Below, piece after piece: positions 35,431 through 46,721 of a stretch of 64,000 nt of DNA. Origin of the DNA: a virus; IMG/VR virus record IMGVR_UViG_3300046534_001250, positions 18,034 through 82,033 of that record. The stretch is one strand, 5' to 3'. Each line of letters opens with the position of its first letter. Positions within the stretch are counted from its first letter, which is position 1. The position numbers were made by a program, and so were the translations under genes. Below the pieces are notes generated by a model. That model ran no database searches. It worked only from the letters and a program-made list of their open reading frames with translations, and was not told the DNA's origin.

Positions 35431-37430
35431 TAAATCACCCGTGCTTTGAAGGAGTTGATTACCGGAGTGACATTTGGATCACTGGTATTAAGTACTGCTC
35501 TAACGTAAAAGCTTGTTGCTGGTCCGTCTTGCAGGATCCATGTGGTATCGAATAATTCGTTTACCCACGATGAATCAGTTTTGTTGACCTTCACTTTGAA
35601 GTGGAGATTCCCATCGGCGTTTTCTACCGTGAAACTATTATAGTACCTTTCGTCACTAAATTCTAGATTGCTGAAGTCTTCAGGAGCTAGGTAATAAAGA
35701 CGTTGGCCGTAGTACTTGTCTGTACCAAAGTAAGGCTTAAGCCCAGTATGATCTCCCCGATACTGATACCCTTCGATAATGTACCTGTGGTTGTAAGGAT
35801 ACAGCGGATCATTCTGTAAGAAATCTTCAGGACTACTCAACCCAGAAGGCAAAGCTAGCCAATTAGCCTTCGAAGTAGTGAACTGAAAAACACCCTTAGG
35901 CACGTGAACACTTCCACTAACGGGAGTACCTGACAAGAAAGCATTGGAGGAGCCAAGGTCTAATGTAATGCCTTCTTCAGACTCTACCTCAAACGTAGTT
36001 CCCATTAAGCCAGACGCAGTTTCGTACCAGCCAGGAGGAAGACCAAGTACTGTCGCTTGAGAGGAAGGCATGTTGCGGTTGATAACAACTTCCGATAGCG
36101 GAGTCTTGGTTACGAAGTTTTCAGCAACGTAAACATTCAATACGCCCTCAGTGGCGTATTGTAAATTCTCTAGCCCGGTGACAGATTCAAGTACACTGCC
36201 AGCAGAAAGAGTTGAATCTATGTATTGAGCAGAGTCACCTGGAGCATTAGATGCAAAAGAAACAATAGGAGCATGTCCTGTTCTCTCTTCAACTGCTAAC
36301 CAGGGCCCATCAACATTGACAGAAGCAAACCAGTTGACGTAAGTGCCAGGAGGTTTCACACAGCAACTCCTCAGTGTTAACTTCGTGAAGGCAATATCTC
36401 CACCCTCTGCATTTGTAACGGAGTAAGGACCAGAGTAAAGCTCGGCGTCCTGGGCTAAACGATAGCTGTTATTAAACACTTGAATACTATCTAGAGAGAA
36501 TACGTAAACATTCTGTCTCCCACTAGTAGTCTTTTGATCGGAAGCTGTTTTTGACAATCGGATCTGCAGTTTCTTAACACCGCTTACACCAATAGGAAAA
36601 GTATTTTGCCCCTTGATTAAGACTTGCTCGACAGGTTCTACCGGAGTAACAACAGAGCCACCAGTACTGTAAAATACTGTGGCTGTTAGATCGCTATCCA
36701 CAGCAATTGGTAAACCATTAAGGCGTAGCTCTGACACATCAGTATCTTCGGTAAACACTATGTCTATCAGTAAACTAACCCTACCACGCTCTCTGTCCGT
36801 ATAAACCAGATACTCCCAGGTACTACCATCAGTCTCTACTAGCGCATGAACAGGGGAAGTAGCACTCTGACCTAAAAGCGTACTGGCACTAAAAGCAGCA
36901 GCTCTTATAGTGGCATCTTCAAGATTTACTTCTGCCCAGTTCTGCTTAGGCAACGTAACAGCACCAGCCTCAACAGAAGCAGTACTCTTAACAAGATCAA
37001 CACGGTTCTGAGCTCCGAACTCTTCTTCTATACCATGCAAGAAAACGTCAGCAGTAGAAGTGAGCAGCAAGAGGTTGTCTGCTCTGCTTCCTTGGATATC
37101 TAATAGGCGATTGAGTCGATAGGCATTCGTCATGAACCCACGAAAGCTATCGTCAAGAGAACCGAACAAAGAGTCAAGCTCTCCATTAATAGCTCTCAGG
37201 TCGTCTACGAATGCCCTGCGATTAGCAGTCTCTTGAGATGCGCTAGCATGCTGTCCAAAGCCAGGCCTCTCTACGTCATAGCCACTAAAGCCAATCTTAT
37301 CAAGGTTCGGTTTAGCGACACCAGCTTTAGTCAGCAGGATTCGAAGCTCCTGAGATGTCGGAGAACGACTATTAGACTTTACAAAGTCTTCAATAACCCT
37401 TCTCTTAAGTGCTTTTTCAAAATGCTTCAT
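35430..37430 (-). CDS. Virion structural protein (paralog 1 of 3)
   Basis: Helical N-terminus plus beta domains; C-terminal TPVINSFKARV. Confidence 0.65.
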   Translation of the reverse strand: MKHFEKALKRRVIEDFVKSNSRSPTSQELRILLTKAGVAKPNLDKIGFSGYDVERPGFGQHASASQETANRRAFVDDLRAINGELDSLFGSLDDSFRGFMTNAYRLNRLLDIQGSRADNLLLLTSTADVFLHGIEEEFGAQNRVDLVKSTASVEAGAVTLPKQNWAEVNLEDATIRAAAFSASTLLGQSATSPVHALVETDGSTWEYLVYTDRERGRVSLLIDIVFTEDTDVSELRLNGLPIAVDSDLTATVFYSTGGSVVTPVEPVEQVLIKGQNTFPIGVSGVKKLQIRLSKTASDQKTTSGRQNVYVFSLDSIQVFNNSYRLAQDAELYSGPYSVTNAEGGDIAFTKLTLRSCCVKPPGTYVNWFASVNVDGPWLAVEERTGHAPIVSFASNAPGDSAQYIDSTLSAGSVLESVTGLENLQYATEGVLNVYVAENFVTKTPLSEVVINRNMPSSQATVLGLPPGWYETASGLMGTTFEVESEEGITLDLGSSNAFLSGTPVSGSVHVPKGVFQFTTSKANWLALPSGLSSPEDFLQNDPLYPYNHRYIIEGYQYRGDHTGLKPYFGTDKYYGQRLYYLAPEDFSNLEFSDERYYNSFTVENADGNLHFKVKVNKTDSSWVNELFDTTWILQDGPATSFYVRAVLNTSDPNVTPVINSFKARVI

Positions 37431-40342
37431 TATCTAAACCTAAATCCAAGTAGTGAAACCAATGGGCTGAAATACGTTTCCAATCCACGAAGAGTCTTTT
37501 GGTTAGCAGCTGTAGCCCATACACATTTAATGTATCCCACATCTCCCCACAGATTCTTACCACTAGTATGAACCTGGTTTGCCCTTTTATCAAAAGTGCT
37601 CTCTATCGGTAGTGCAATATCATAACACGCTTCGTACACAGCAACCTTGTACGTAAGGGTGGACCCACTCCGGAAAGCAGCGTAAGAGAAAACCATACCT
37701 CGACTATAGTTTACAGAGTACTTGTTACGAGGGTTGAAGTCTGGGTCCCGATACAGGTAAGTGATTGAGATCCCAGCAGGAAGGCTGACTCCAACGCCAG
37801 TGTAAATAGAGACAGTGCCATCGTTTGCTACATACCAATCGCCATCAGCAACTACGTTAACTAGCGCAGTCTTTTGACTAACAAATGTAGCCACATCTCC
37901 GAACACAACTCCGCCATCGTTGTACCAGAGCACACCAGCAGAAAGGTTGAATGAAACTATACCAGCTGTATCCGGTAGCGCAATAGTTTCTTCAGCGTGC
38001 ATAGGAACCAGTCCTAAGAATTCACTCTTCCCATTAAGGTAAGGAACTTCTACCGGTGTTGCACCATTGTCAAACAGATTGACAGGAACCTTCAACGTAC
38101 CAGGTATTAAGCTATCGTAGCTTAACCTGTATGCATCAATGACACTCGTTACCTGGTCTCTGGTTATCTCAATAGCTGCAACGCCAACCATGGGTGAAAG
38201 CTGCTCACCAACCGTGTCTGCAGCATCCCTGGCAACAAAACTACTGTCGGGTATTGTAACTCCGACAGGAACGCCATCCTCGAACACGATGTCGTAAGAC
38301 TCGCTAGGTAAAGGGGCAGCGGTCAAGTGCGTGTAAGTAAGCCTCGCCAACTTACTTCCCAGCTCAGAATCAAGCTCAAGGATACCATTCTGAAAGTCTA
38401 CGAAGTATTTACTAGGGCCCAATAGGCTCCTGTTCGTCACCAGTGTGTAGGTGCTCATGTCTGAAAAAACCAAAGAGGTAGTATCAGCAAGCAAGTGACT
38501 ATGAGGAAGGTTGATTGTCTTTTGGTCCTTCGGCATAACCACGGTATTAACAACGCCAGCAGCAGGCAGGTACTTGATACTGATCGTTTCTTTATCTGGG
38601 TCCGGGATAGTCTCAAACTTATGATGGAATCCGCCAGCCACTGGAGTGAACTTCATCTTCTCAGGAGAAACAACCATTGAAACCCGACTACCAGTACGTA
38701 ATTGAGAAGGCATAACCAGTTCTCGATAGTCGTCAGCGAAGGACCATTGGCCAGAACTTACAGCAGTGTTGTCGACGACGTACTCTTGCTTTATGCGGTT
38801 TACATAAATGCTTATATCGTCAGCATCTAAACCATGATCTAGAATGTAGATCGGAAGCCCGAATGCAACCTCCGCATCAACGCCCTTCCCGAGGGGGCGT
38901 TGACCAAAACGATCGCCCCTTCTGACAGTCCCCGACTGGAAGGTCCATGGCTTCTGTACCGACGGGCTATCTAAGGAGAATATAATGTTCGATTGAGAAC
39001 GAGATGCTCCCTTGGTCTGCATAGGGTAATCAAACTTCATGCCGTCGGACCAAGAAGCAATACCACTCAACGCCCCATCTGGTCGCTCCAAGTCTAGGCG
39101 CCAAACGAAAGAACCACCTTGCCCATCGAGTAAGATTGTCTCCCCTCCTGGGTCTAGTTCTGTATGCTTCCAACTACCACCACCATCACTCGTAACACTA
39201 AGCGATGCATCGTAAGTACTAGTGTCCGCAGGAGCAATCTCTACGACCGGAAGTGCAGCATAGAGTCCTTTGGGTAGCTCAGATTCTAAGCTGTTTACTT
39301 GGCCACTGCTTTTGAAAGCATGTCTGCCAGCCCGTAATGACTTCACGCCTATGGCAAAACGCTTTCGTAACTGCTCGCCAACTACGATCTGGGTACTATG
39401 GTTCTGAATTAAACTGATTACCACGACTTGCGTTTCGACCGGAAGGAATATCATATTCCATTCAGAGTCAGTTCCTGCAGACTTAACATCATATGCATCG
39501 GGACTGCTACCAGGAGCTAAGTCTCTAATTGATGTCCCATCCGTTCCGAAGCGGATGTCTTCGATCTTGAAGGCAATACCGTCCCCGAACGAGATAGGCT
39601 CCATCGCAAGATAATTGATAACCTCTGGCTTGGAGAACTCAACAACAAGCTTGAGCTTTACAGGCCCAACGTCAAGCTTCTCAAACTCAAACCAACGACT
39701 AGAGTCTCCGGAGATTACATTCAAGGGGCTGACATTATTTACAGTGACTGCACGATTGCTATTGCCAGGTCTACCTACACTATCTCGCCCTACTGAAACC
39801 TTCTTGGGGCTAAGCGTAATGGTGTCCTCAATGGGAAGAGTGGCAATGCCTTGCTGCGTTTGTATATTCAGAACAGGCTTCTCAACGAATGAGTCTCCGA
39901 GTCCACGCCAGGTAAGGAAGTTCTCAGCCAGTACGAAGCTACTACGCTCGTCGCTCCAAAGCTTAGCAGCCGCTCGCTTCTGCTGGATGGTCTTCTTCTT
40001 ACCAACCAGCTGCATGAGAGTTATCTCTTGAGTATTTAACCTAGATAGAAACAACGTTATGAGCCGACGCATCTTCGTTAGCGACGCCTTCACAAACCAA
40101 CGTTGTTCCGTATAGGCGCTGTTCAGTTCGCTAAGCTCTTGGTACTGACCACTGGAAACCTCTTGCAACTGAATGTCAAAAGTATTCAAGCGTTCAAACA
40201 AAGCCATGGCGTCAGACTCTACGCCAAGTCGACCCTCAAGCGTAGAAGCATACTGCCAGCGAGACACAAAGTCTTTCAAGGCATCCGTTAGCGCATCAAC
40301 CTCAGCTAAATACTTCTGATCTAAAACAATATTAAGACTCAT
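37430..40342 (-). CDS. Virion structural protein (paralog 2 of 3)
   Basis: Same architecture; C-terminal SPLVSLLGFRFR. Confidence 0.65.
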   Translation of the reverse strand: MSLNIVLDQKYLAEVDALTDALKDFVSRWQYASTLEGRLGVESDAMALFERLNTFDIQLQEVSSGQYQELSELNSAYTEQRWFVKASLTKMRRLITLFLSRLNTQEITLMQLVGKKKTIQQKRAAAKLWSDERSSFVLAENFLTWRGLGDSFVEKPVLNIQTQQGIATLPIEDTITLSPKKVSVGRDSVGRPGNSNRAVTVNNVSPLNVISGDSSRWFEFEKLDVGPVKLKLVVEFSKPEVINYLAMEPISFGDGIAFKIEDIRFGTDGTSIRDLAPGSSPDAYDVKSAGTDSEWNMIFLPVETQVVVISLIQNHSTQIVVGEQLRKRFAIGVKSLRAGRHAFKSSGQVNSLESELPKGLYAALPVVEIAPADTSTYDASLSVTSDGGGSWKHTELDPGGETILLDGQGGSFVWRLDLERPDGALSGIASWSDGMKFDYPMQTKGASRSQSNIIFSLDSPSVQKPWTFQSGTVRRGDRFGQRPLGKGVDAEVAFGLPIYILDHGLDADDISIYVNRIKQEYVVDNTAVSSGQWSFADDYRELVMPSQLRTGSRVSMVVSPEKMKFTPVAGGFHHKFETIPDPDKETISIKYLPAAGVVNTVVMPKDQKTINLPHSHLLADTTSLVFSDMSTYTLVTNRSLLGPSKYFVDFQNGILELDSELGSKLARLTYTHLTAAPLPSESYDIVFEDGVPVGVTIPDSSFVARDAADTVGEQLSPMVGVAAIEITRDQVTSVIDAYRLSYDSLIPGTLKVPVNLFDNGATPVEVPYLNGKSEFLGLVPMHAEETIALPDTAGIVSFNLSAGVLWYNDGGVVFGDVATFVSQKTALVNVVADGDWYVANDGTVSIYTGVGVSLPAGISITYLYRDPDFNPRNKYSVNYSRGMVFSYAAFRSGSTLTYKVAVYEACYDIALPIESTFDKRANQVHTSGKNLWGDVGYIKCVWATAANQKTLRGLETYFSPLVSLLGFRFR

Positions 40343-42401
40343 CGCGCTTGACCTTCAATAGGTAAGAGGTGATAACGGGAGAGACATATCCGTTTGAAGT
40401 CTCTGCTCTCATCATCATAACAGTTTTAAGTCTTGCTTTCATACCCTGCAGGGAAGGATCAAAAACAATACGTCCATTACGCAATGTCACAAGGCCTTTA
40501 GGCTCAAGGTCTTGAACGCTCTTAGGCAGATACTGTATGCGATACAAGCTATCGTATTGAGGACTAGCCACCTTGATTCGGAACGTACCAGCGAGGGTCT
40601 TACGGAAGTTTCTCCGCAAAGTCATAGTGGCAGGCACTTCGGTAAGCCAGGTACTACCGTCATCTAGTGAGAAGGAGTAGTCTTGCCCAAGGACTAAAAG
40701 AGTGTCGCCCAAGTAGACGCTGAACGGATCGTTAGCCAGCTCTTTGATATACCCAAAAGGCGTTGGGGCAAACTCAACCAGCTCTCCAGAGCCAACATAA
40801 TCCAAGGCTTTAACCGTGAAAGCATCAACAATAACCCAGTTAGAAGACTTGATATTAAAACTATCATCATCACCTGGCGCACTTATAACCAAGGTGTTAG
40901 ACACATCAGTAAAGCCATGCTCGGTAACAAATACAATCTGCAGTCCACCAGCAATGTATTCAGCAGTAGCTATTTTGACTTTCTCTGCCATGTATAGCAC
41001 GTCAGGGAAGAGCTTACATCTTCCGACTTGACCCACTAAGGGAAGGTGTTCTATCTGTACTGGCAACGAGTCTGGAATCGGAATCAAAGCCTTCAGCGCC
41101 AAGTCCGTACCATCGTAGATTTCAACTCCATAGTAGGTCTCGTTAGAAGCCTGACTATCGGGAAGATTAATGTGCGTACCATCTTTATCTACAGTGATAG
41201 AGATAGACTCTACAGCAGTAGTGTGGGCAAGAGCCTGTAGCTTGTCGATATTGATTGCTGGGCTTTCAAAAAGCCCCAGCCCCCTATAAAGACGCAGACC
41301 TAATTCGATCGTTTCGATCGAGAAGTCATATATTTTCGCAGGAATAGATACTGTGTTTTCAGGTACAAGTTGAGACCAACCCAATCCGGATACGACGTCA
41401 TTGAGCTTACGAGCATTAAGATCATCAAAGCGTACAACTTCGCTAGAGACGGGAGCAAACTGTACAAGCTTAACCTTGAGCTGCCGAGTCCTTACCGGTT
41501 CAAACAATAACGTCAAGTACAGGTCTGCGTCAATTTCAGTAGTAGTCAGTAATACTTCTTCTCCAGCGTTGTTGATGTACGACACGCTTTCCACACACAC
41601 GGGAGAAGCGCCAATAGGTTTAATCTTTAAACTATTAAGCTCTTGCGGAACCGTCATCTCAAACAGCAACGTACAGTAAACCGGCTTGTGCAAGTACCTT
41701 TTGCTAGTATTGTCTGAGTGTCGCTTGGCTATAACATATCTAAAAGACTCGCCTTCGCGCAACACGCTATTGGGATCTCCATTCACCAGTGGTAAATGAG
41801 TGCTTCCAACATTAGTTTCTTCAGCTACAAGTACTACCTTTGAGACCAGTAGCGGTTCGGTGCGCAACACAGGCAACGTGATCCCTGCAGCAGGGATAAG
41901 AGAAGCAATGTCTTCGGGCAATAACGTTCGTCCGGTTTTGAAATCTACACGCCATTCGCAATCAGCCCACTCGGTAGGAAGATCTTGAGGCCTACTCCAG
42001 CGATTAAGCTGTGCATAATTAAAGCCAGACTGATATGATACTTCATCTTCTGTCAGCATACTGCCTAGAGAGTGCACATCGGTTTGCAACTCAGATAGTA
42101 ACGCAGAGTTTCTATCACGGAAGTTAGAGATATCGTGATTAAGTACACGAATTGTTTCAGCCAAGCGGCCTATCGAGAACTTAGAGTCCTTTAAATACAC
42201 AGACTGTATGCCACTGCTGCTAATAGAACCAGGAAGCAACTGCGGGTAATCTACAACCCTATTCTCTTTGAGGTATTTACGAGCAAGAGAATCTATAGCA
42301 GACTCGCTAAGCTCAAGATGATCAACATCCGACACACGACGTCGAGCCGCTCTTCTAAGCGGCTCGTCCTGGTCGAACTTTTTTATTAGATTCAAAGGCA
42401 T
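40332..42401 (-). CDS. Virion structural protein (paralog 3 of 3)
   Basis: Same architecture; C-terminal SPVITSYLLKVK. Confidence 0.65.
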   Translation of the reverse strand: MPLNLIKKFDQDEPLRRAARRRVSDVDHLELSESAIDSLARKYLKENRVVDYPQLLPGSISSSGIQSVYLKDSKFSIGRLAETIRVLNHDISNFRDRNSALLSELQTDVHSLGSMLTEDEVSYQSGFNYAQLNRWSRPQDLPTEWADCEWRVDFKTGRTLLPEDIASLIPAAGITLPVLRTEPLLVSKVVLVAEETNVGSTHLPLVNGDPNSVLREGESFRYVIAKRHSDNTSKRYLHKPVYCTLLFEMTVPQELNSLKIKPIGASPVCVESVSYINNAGEEVLLTTTEIDADLYLTLLFEPVRTRQLKVKLVQFAPVSSEVVRFDDLNARKLNDVVSGLGWSQLVPENTVSIPAKIYDFSIETIELGLRLYRGLGLFESPAINIDKLQALAHTTAVESISITVDKDGTHINLPDSQASNETYYGVEIYDGTDLALKALIPIPDSLPVQIEHLPLVGQVGRCKLFPDVLYMAEKVKIATAEYIAGGLQIVFVTEHGFTDVSNTLVISAPGDDDSFNIKSSNWVIVDAFTVKALDYVGSGELVEFAPTPFGYIKELANDPFSVYLGDTLLVLGQDYSFSLDDGSTWLTEVPATMTLRRNFRKTLAGTFRIKVASPQYDSLYRIQYLPKSVQDLEPKGLVTLRNGRIVFDPSLQGMKARLKTVMMMRAETSNGYVSPVITSYLLKVKRDES

Positions 42402-42871
42402 TATTCAACTCTCAGGTTCACAAAGAAGCGCCGAGCACTAACAACTGGCGGTGTTTCAAACCTGACTGTAACATTTGTACTGGCACCAGCAGCCAGATCA
42501 ATCAAAGGAATCTTAGTCCGGAGAATAGCGCCTTGAGCCCTAGTGACATAACCAGTCCAGGCACCACTGTTGTTAGTGAGGGTCAAATACACACCTCCGC
42601 TAGCTTCAGCACCGTCTGCAACGCGTTGGCCCCACTCAAGCAAGTCATTGTAGTCAGTTGCTGGAGGAAAGGCAGCAGGGTTATCTACGTCGCCTACATT
42701 GGAGGCAGGAGCCAGATAGATACCAAGACCTGTTAAGGCGTCTTCGCCGTTATTCTTTATAGTGATTTCGATGTCACCACTAGGAGCAGGCGCATCAGAC
42801 TTAACAACCAATGGGTCATAGATGATATCGCCCGAGAGAACACCGGTAAATTGCAAATCATTAATTGACAT
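42401..42871 (-). CDS. Ig-like virion protein
   Basis: ITIKNNG..L.G, LAAGASTNVTVRF. Confidence 0.6.
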   Translation of the reverse strand: MSINDLQFTGVLSGDIIYDPLVVKSDAPAPSGDIEITIKNNGEDALTGLGIYLAPASNVGDVDNPAAFPPATDYNDLLEWGQRVADGAEASGGVYLTLTNNSGAWTGYVTRAQGAILRTKIPLIDLAAGASTNVTVRFETPPVVSARRFFVNLRVE

Positions 42872-44961
42872 TAAAGCACCTTGATAGAAACAGAATTAGG
42901 GATGGGAAACTCTTGCCCATCTTCCACTAAGGCGATACCGTAATGATAAACCTGAGTAGTAACAGCAGTAGCATCAGTATAACTTATATCGCCATCAGTT
43001 GGGGATGCGACAACATGCAGCGACACCCAAGTTCCTTGCAGACTATCCTTCCTGTAGATGATAAGGCTGTCAACTGGACCTTCATAAGTCCATGACAAAT
43101 CAACTTCGCCAGTAAGAACTGAAGTAGCAGACAGCTGAGTGGCAGGATAAACCCAACGAATAACAGGATACACACTTGCATCTAAGTGTCTAAGCAAACG
43201 CTCTTCGGCCTGAACCTTGGTGAGTACTCCACCGTAATCTTCAAGCAGAGATAGCTGCGCCTCAATAATGAACGCCTTGTTTCTAGGTGCAATCATTCCG
43301 TCTTCATGGCCAGCCAGATAGCTTTGCTGAATACGAGGGTTGCGAAGCAAAACAGCATCATTGACAGGTCGGGCACCTTGTTTGCGAACACCAACTACAA
43401 AGTAATCATCGCCAACTGGCTGTTCTGTTACTACTACTTCTGACAGGATAAGATAAGCATTTAAGTTATCGTACCCAGCAGCATAAAGCCCAAGGAAAGT
43501 ATTAGTATTATCCACAGCAGAGTAAAGAGTACCAATCGCGGTACCGTAGTTATAAGCTCCAAGTCCATCAGTCATCTGAAGGTTTGGATGTGTGGCCCCA
43601 ACGCCTTGTGAGCACTCTAGAATTTCGCCGTTGCTTCCTACAATAAGATAATGCAACGCATCATCACCGGCAGATACGTCAGGAACCACGTAGAATACTA
43701 CAAGCTTGTCAGCTACCCGAGGGTTCAAGCCGGGGTTGAGGTCAAGCTTAGTGACTTCGAAGTCTACAGTGTTATAATAGGCCTGGACATCGACTGTCCA
43801 ACTAGGATCAAGGTCGAACGCAAGATGAATAAAGCCACCTGGATTATCCCAAGAAGCGATTGCATCCGAGTTCCACTTCACATCTGTGTCCGAGAACCTA
43901 AGTCCGCTTAGCGCGCCATTAGTAGTAAAGGCAAACAGCAGGTTGCCATTATGATCCTTTACAAAAACAGAGGCATGTAGTCCGTCGTCTGGGTGTACTC
44001 CAAGATGAGGACGTATGGTCTTGAGCACATTGCGGGTTACAAACCACGTTTCACTATTGTTCGAATAGATGTAGGGCTTATAGGGGGCAAATGGCTGGGT
44101 ATCATATTCGGGTAGCGAGTACGACCTCTGGGAACCGTTTACCAACCCATTCACGATAGCAACATTGGTACGGAGGTACCAAGGATTATCAGCTTCTCGC
44201 ACAGCAGGAATAACTGGGCGTAGCTGACTACGATCCATAGGCTTCCTCCACCAACGCGAACCGTAGCTCATGTAGAAGGTAAACCCGCTAGAATTCCGAG
44301 ACTTACTATAAGTCGGAGAGCTATCGTAAAGGCGACCAGTGTCAGGGTCAATATCACGCCAGCCAGCTTCTGGAGCTGCTGGCTCTGCATTTAATAGCGT
44401 GTTTGTGGATACACCAGCTGAATCTTCTGACTGAATAAAGTAAAGCGCGTAAGCACCAGTCTTGGAATTGAAGTAATTCCGGTAGTTGGTAAAGACCCTG
44501 CCGGCTTCGTAGTCAAACGAAATACCTTCCTGATGTTGATCATAACCATCAGAGCGCTGAATACTTAACGAAGCCCGAACAGTATTCTCAGGCAAACGAT
44601 GCATGTAGTAAAGCGGAACCTCAGACCCGTCAGAACCAAGAACAGTACGATCAGTAATCAAGACTTTGTCATACTGGCTGCTAAAGCTTCGAGTAACGCT
44701 AACGCTTTCCTGCGAACCGCTATCCGTCATACGAGGAGCATTAGCTGCGACACCGTAGCTCTTGTCAACAATCTGCAGATTACGTTCTGGGCTAAGAGGC
44801 AGGAATTCTATATAGTCCAGGGCAATAGCATTAGCCTTCACATCACGCTTGTACCTAAAGTGTTCTACTCTGTTCTGAACATAGTCTTCCATTGAGACAA
44901 GGAGTGTCTTCGGCGTAGCACTAGCGCCACCATCAGCAATAAGTTCAAGAGTAATAGACAT
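42871..44961 (-). CDS. Baseplate/tail structural protein with C-terminal FN3 domain
   Basis: VDLSW..IYRK..SYTD..YHYGI FN3 pattern; in the virion operon. Confidence 0.65.
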   Translation of the reverse strand: MSITLELIADGGASATPKTLLVSMEDYVQNRVEHFRYKRDVKANAIALDYIEFLPLSPERNLQIVDKSYGVAANAPRMTDSGSQESVSVTRSFSSQYDKVLITDRTVLGSDGSEVPLYYMHRLPENTVRASLSIQRSDGYDQHQEGISFDYEAGRVFTNYRNYFNSKTGAYALYFIQSEDSAGVSTNTLLNAEPAAPEAGWRDIDPDTGRLYDSSPTYSKSRNSSGFTFYMSYGSRWWRKPMDRSQLRPVIPAVREADNPWYLRTNVAIVNGLVNGSQRSYSLPEYDTQPFAPYKPYIYSNNSETWFVTRNVLKTIRPHLGVHPDDGLHASVFVKDHNGNLLFAFTTNGALSGLRFSDTDVKWNSDAIASWDNPGGFIHLAFDLDPSWTVDVQAYYNTVDFEVTKLDLNPGLNPRVADKLVVFYVVPDVSAGDDALHYLIVGSNGEILECSQGVGATHPNLQMTDGLGAYNYGTAIGTLYSAVDNTNTFLGLYAAGYDNLNAYLILSEVVVTEQPVGDDYFVVGVRKQGARPVNDAVLLRNPRIQQSYLAGHEDGMIAPRNKAFIIEAQLSLLEDYGGVLTKVQAEERLLRHLDASVYPVIRWVYPATQLSATSVLTGEVDLSWTYEGPVDSLIIYRKDSLQGTWVSLHVVASPTDGDISYTDATAVTTQVYHYGIALVEDGQEFPIPNSVSIKVL

Positions 44962-46721
44962 TATTGGTACTGTACCGTAAGGCGGTAGCCGACATTGGCC
45001 ACATGCCAGCCGGTGGTTGCTTCGGCGAAAACATCAATCGTATCTGTCAATGTATTAAGATACGCACGCAACTCACCTACGTTAAGTCCGGCGCTATTAG
45101 AGGTGACAATCGGAACCCATATATCCCCACCTTGATTTAACATCAGGTTAAAGCCAAGAATAGTGTGTCCGCTATATCTTGAAACATCAATCCCGTCAGT
45201 TCCTCCAGATAAATCTAGACCACTAGCCACCGCACCTTTGATTATAACTCCAAACTTTACACCACCTTGAGTGGCTACAGCCTCAGCGCCTTTTACACCA
45301 TCCTCAGGATAGATTGCTCCATGGAACTGATGGCCTGTACCACTGGTAGGAGCCGTATATATCAACCGGTTATTAACATCTTTGACAATCCTGCCGCTAG
45401 CAGCGGTATTATCAGGATCTCCAAAGACCACCTCTACGGTAGCAGTAGTCAATGGAGCCGCAGGAGATAAGACACTGCCTGCAGCTTGTCCAGCATAGCC
45501 GAGTACAAGGTCACCGCGCATTACATTGCTGTCATTAACACTCTCATCAACTCCAGTTAGCCAGCCATCTCGATGCAGGTACTGAGGTGCAAAGTTGCTA
45601 GGATTACTTGACGGTCCAAACGCTCCAGAAGCTCCTGGATATGAAAGCATACCTACAAGGTTTGCTACGTCATAGAAAGGCCCACCCCAACTGCGAGGAC
45701 TAGGCTCCAACAGCTTACGACGAAGGTCATCGATGCTGCTGGTAATATCAGTGCCTACAGTAGCAATATAAAACACATCACCACGAAGTATCTCGGCAGA
45801 CAGATCAAGGTTGCCTACCTCTACGATAGTAGGAGTATTGTAATAATACTGACCCAAGTCATAGGTCTCGCCAGTGGTGTAATTCTTAAGATATAAGAAG
45901 CCATCAGGCAACCGATCTCCAGAGATAAAATTATCTATAAGTACACTAGGCAACTGAAGCTGAATGTTCTTGTTCGGGTCTTCATCTCCGAGCAGAGTAT
46001 CGGCTCCATCGTTTGTCCACTGCGCATGTGTAGCAACAGGAAGCGTAATCGGATATCTGCCAGCCCCGGTTAAGGTACTCAGCACAACACCAAGTCCGGC
46101 AGCTTCTAACTGGTTTCTATCGGGAAGGGTATTAAATCCAGAACCAGGATAGGAGGTCCCGTCAGCCCACGTACTTGGATCCGTATTGTACGTGATTGTC
46201 CCACCAGGAGTAACCTCGACGCAATAGACCTTTCCTTCGGCAGTCATAAACCAGTCGCCATCTGCATCCAAGTCAGAAACAGTAGCAACTTGTGTAGTGA
46301 AGACTGTGCCTGTTCCCGCGAACACAACAGCAATATCAGAAGGTGGATACTTAGTCTGGAACTCGTGAACATTCGCCGGGATTATATCCTCTACTGGAAC
46401 AACTCCATATGAAAGCGAATGTGGATTCAAGTTGCCAGCCGGCCCAATGAGCCGGGCAAGGCTAGTAATATCCAGTGACCTTTGGCCGCCGATTGCAGCA
46501 CCAGTAGCTAGGTTTGACCCATACGTTGGAGACAACCGAGTAAGCCTGGTTTCAGAATACGGATAGTTCTCGTCCCACAGGTCACCAACTGCTCGCTCTA
46601 CCTTATCTAGAGCGTTGATGAGTTGGGAAGTAATAGAAGAGAGCTTGTTTGCGCTTGGGGTTTCGCCGTCAACGAAATTTATATCTACGCTAATCCCTTT
46701 CTTTAGTTTATCATCAGCCAT
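44961..46721 (-). CDS. Tail/baseplate structural protein
   Basis: 586-aa coupled ORF, FVDGETPS N-terminus, beta-rich. Confidence 0.6.
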   Translation of the reverse strand: MADDKLKKGISVDINFVDGETPSANKLSSITSQLINALDKVERAVGDLWDENYPYSETRLTRLSPTYGSNLATGAAIGGQRSLDITSLARLIGPAGNLNPHSLSYGVVPVEDIIPANVHEFQTKYPPSDIAVVFAGTGTVFTTQVATVSDLDADGDWFMTAEGKVYCVEVTPGGTITYNTDPSTWADGTSYPGSGFNTLPDRNQLEAAGLGVVLSTLTGAGRYPITLPVATHAQWTNDGADTLLGDEDPNKNIQLQLPSVLIDNFISGDRLPDGFLYLKNYTTGETYDLGQYYYNTPTIVEVGNLDLSAEILRGDVFYIATVGTDITSSIDDLRRKLLEPSPRSWGGPFYDVANLVGMLSYPGASGAFGPSSNPSNFAPQYLHRDGWLTGVDESVNDSNVMRGDLVLGYAGQAAGSVLSPAAPLTTATVEVVFGDPDNTAASGRIVKDVNNRLIYTAPTSGTGHQFHGAIYPEDGVKGAEAVATQGGVKFGVIIKGAVASGLDLSGGTDGIDVSRYSGHTILGFNLMLNQGGDIWVPIVTSNSAGLNVGELRAYLNTLTDTIDVFAEATTGWHVANVGYRLTVQYQ

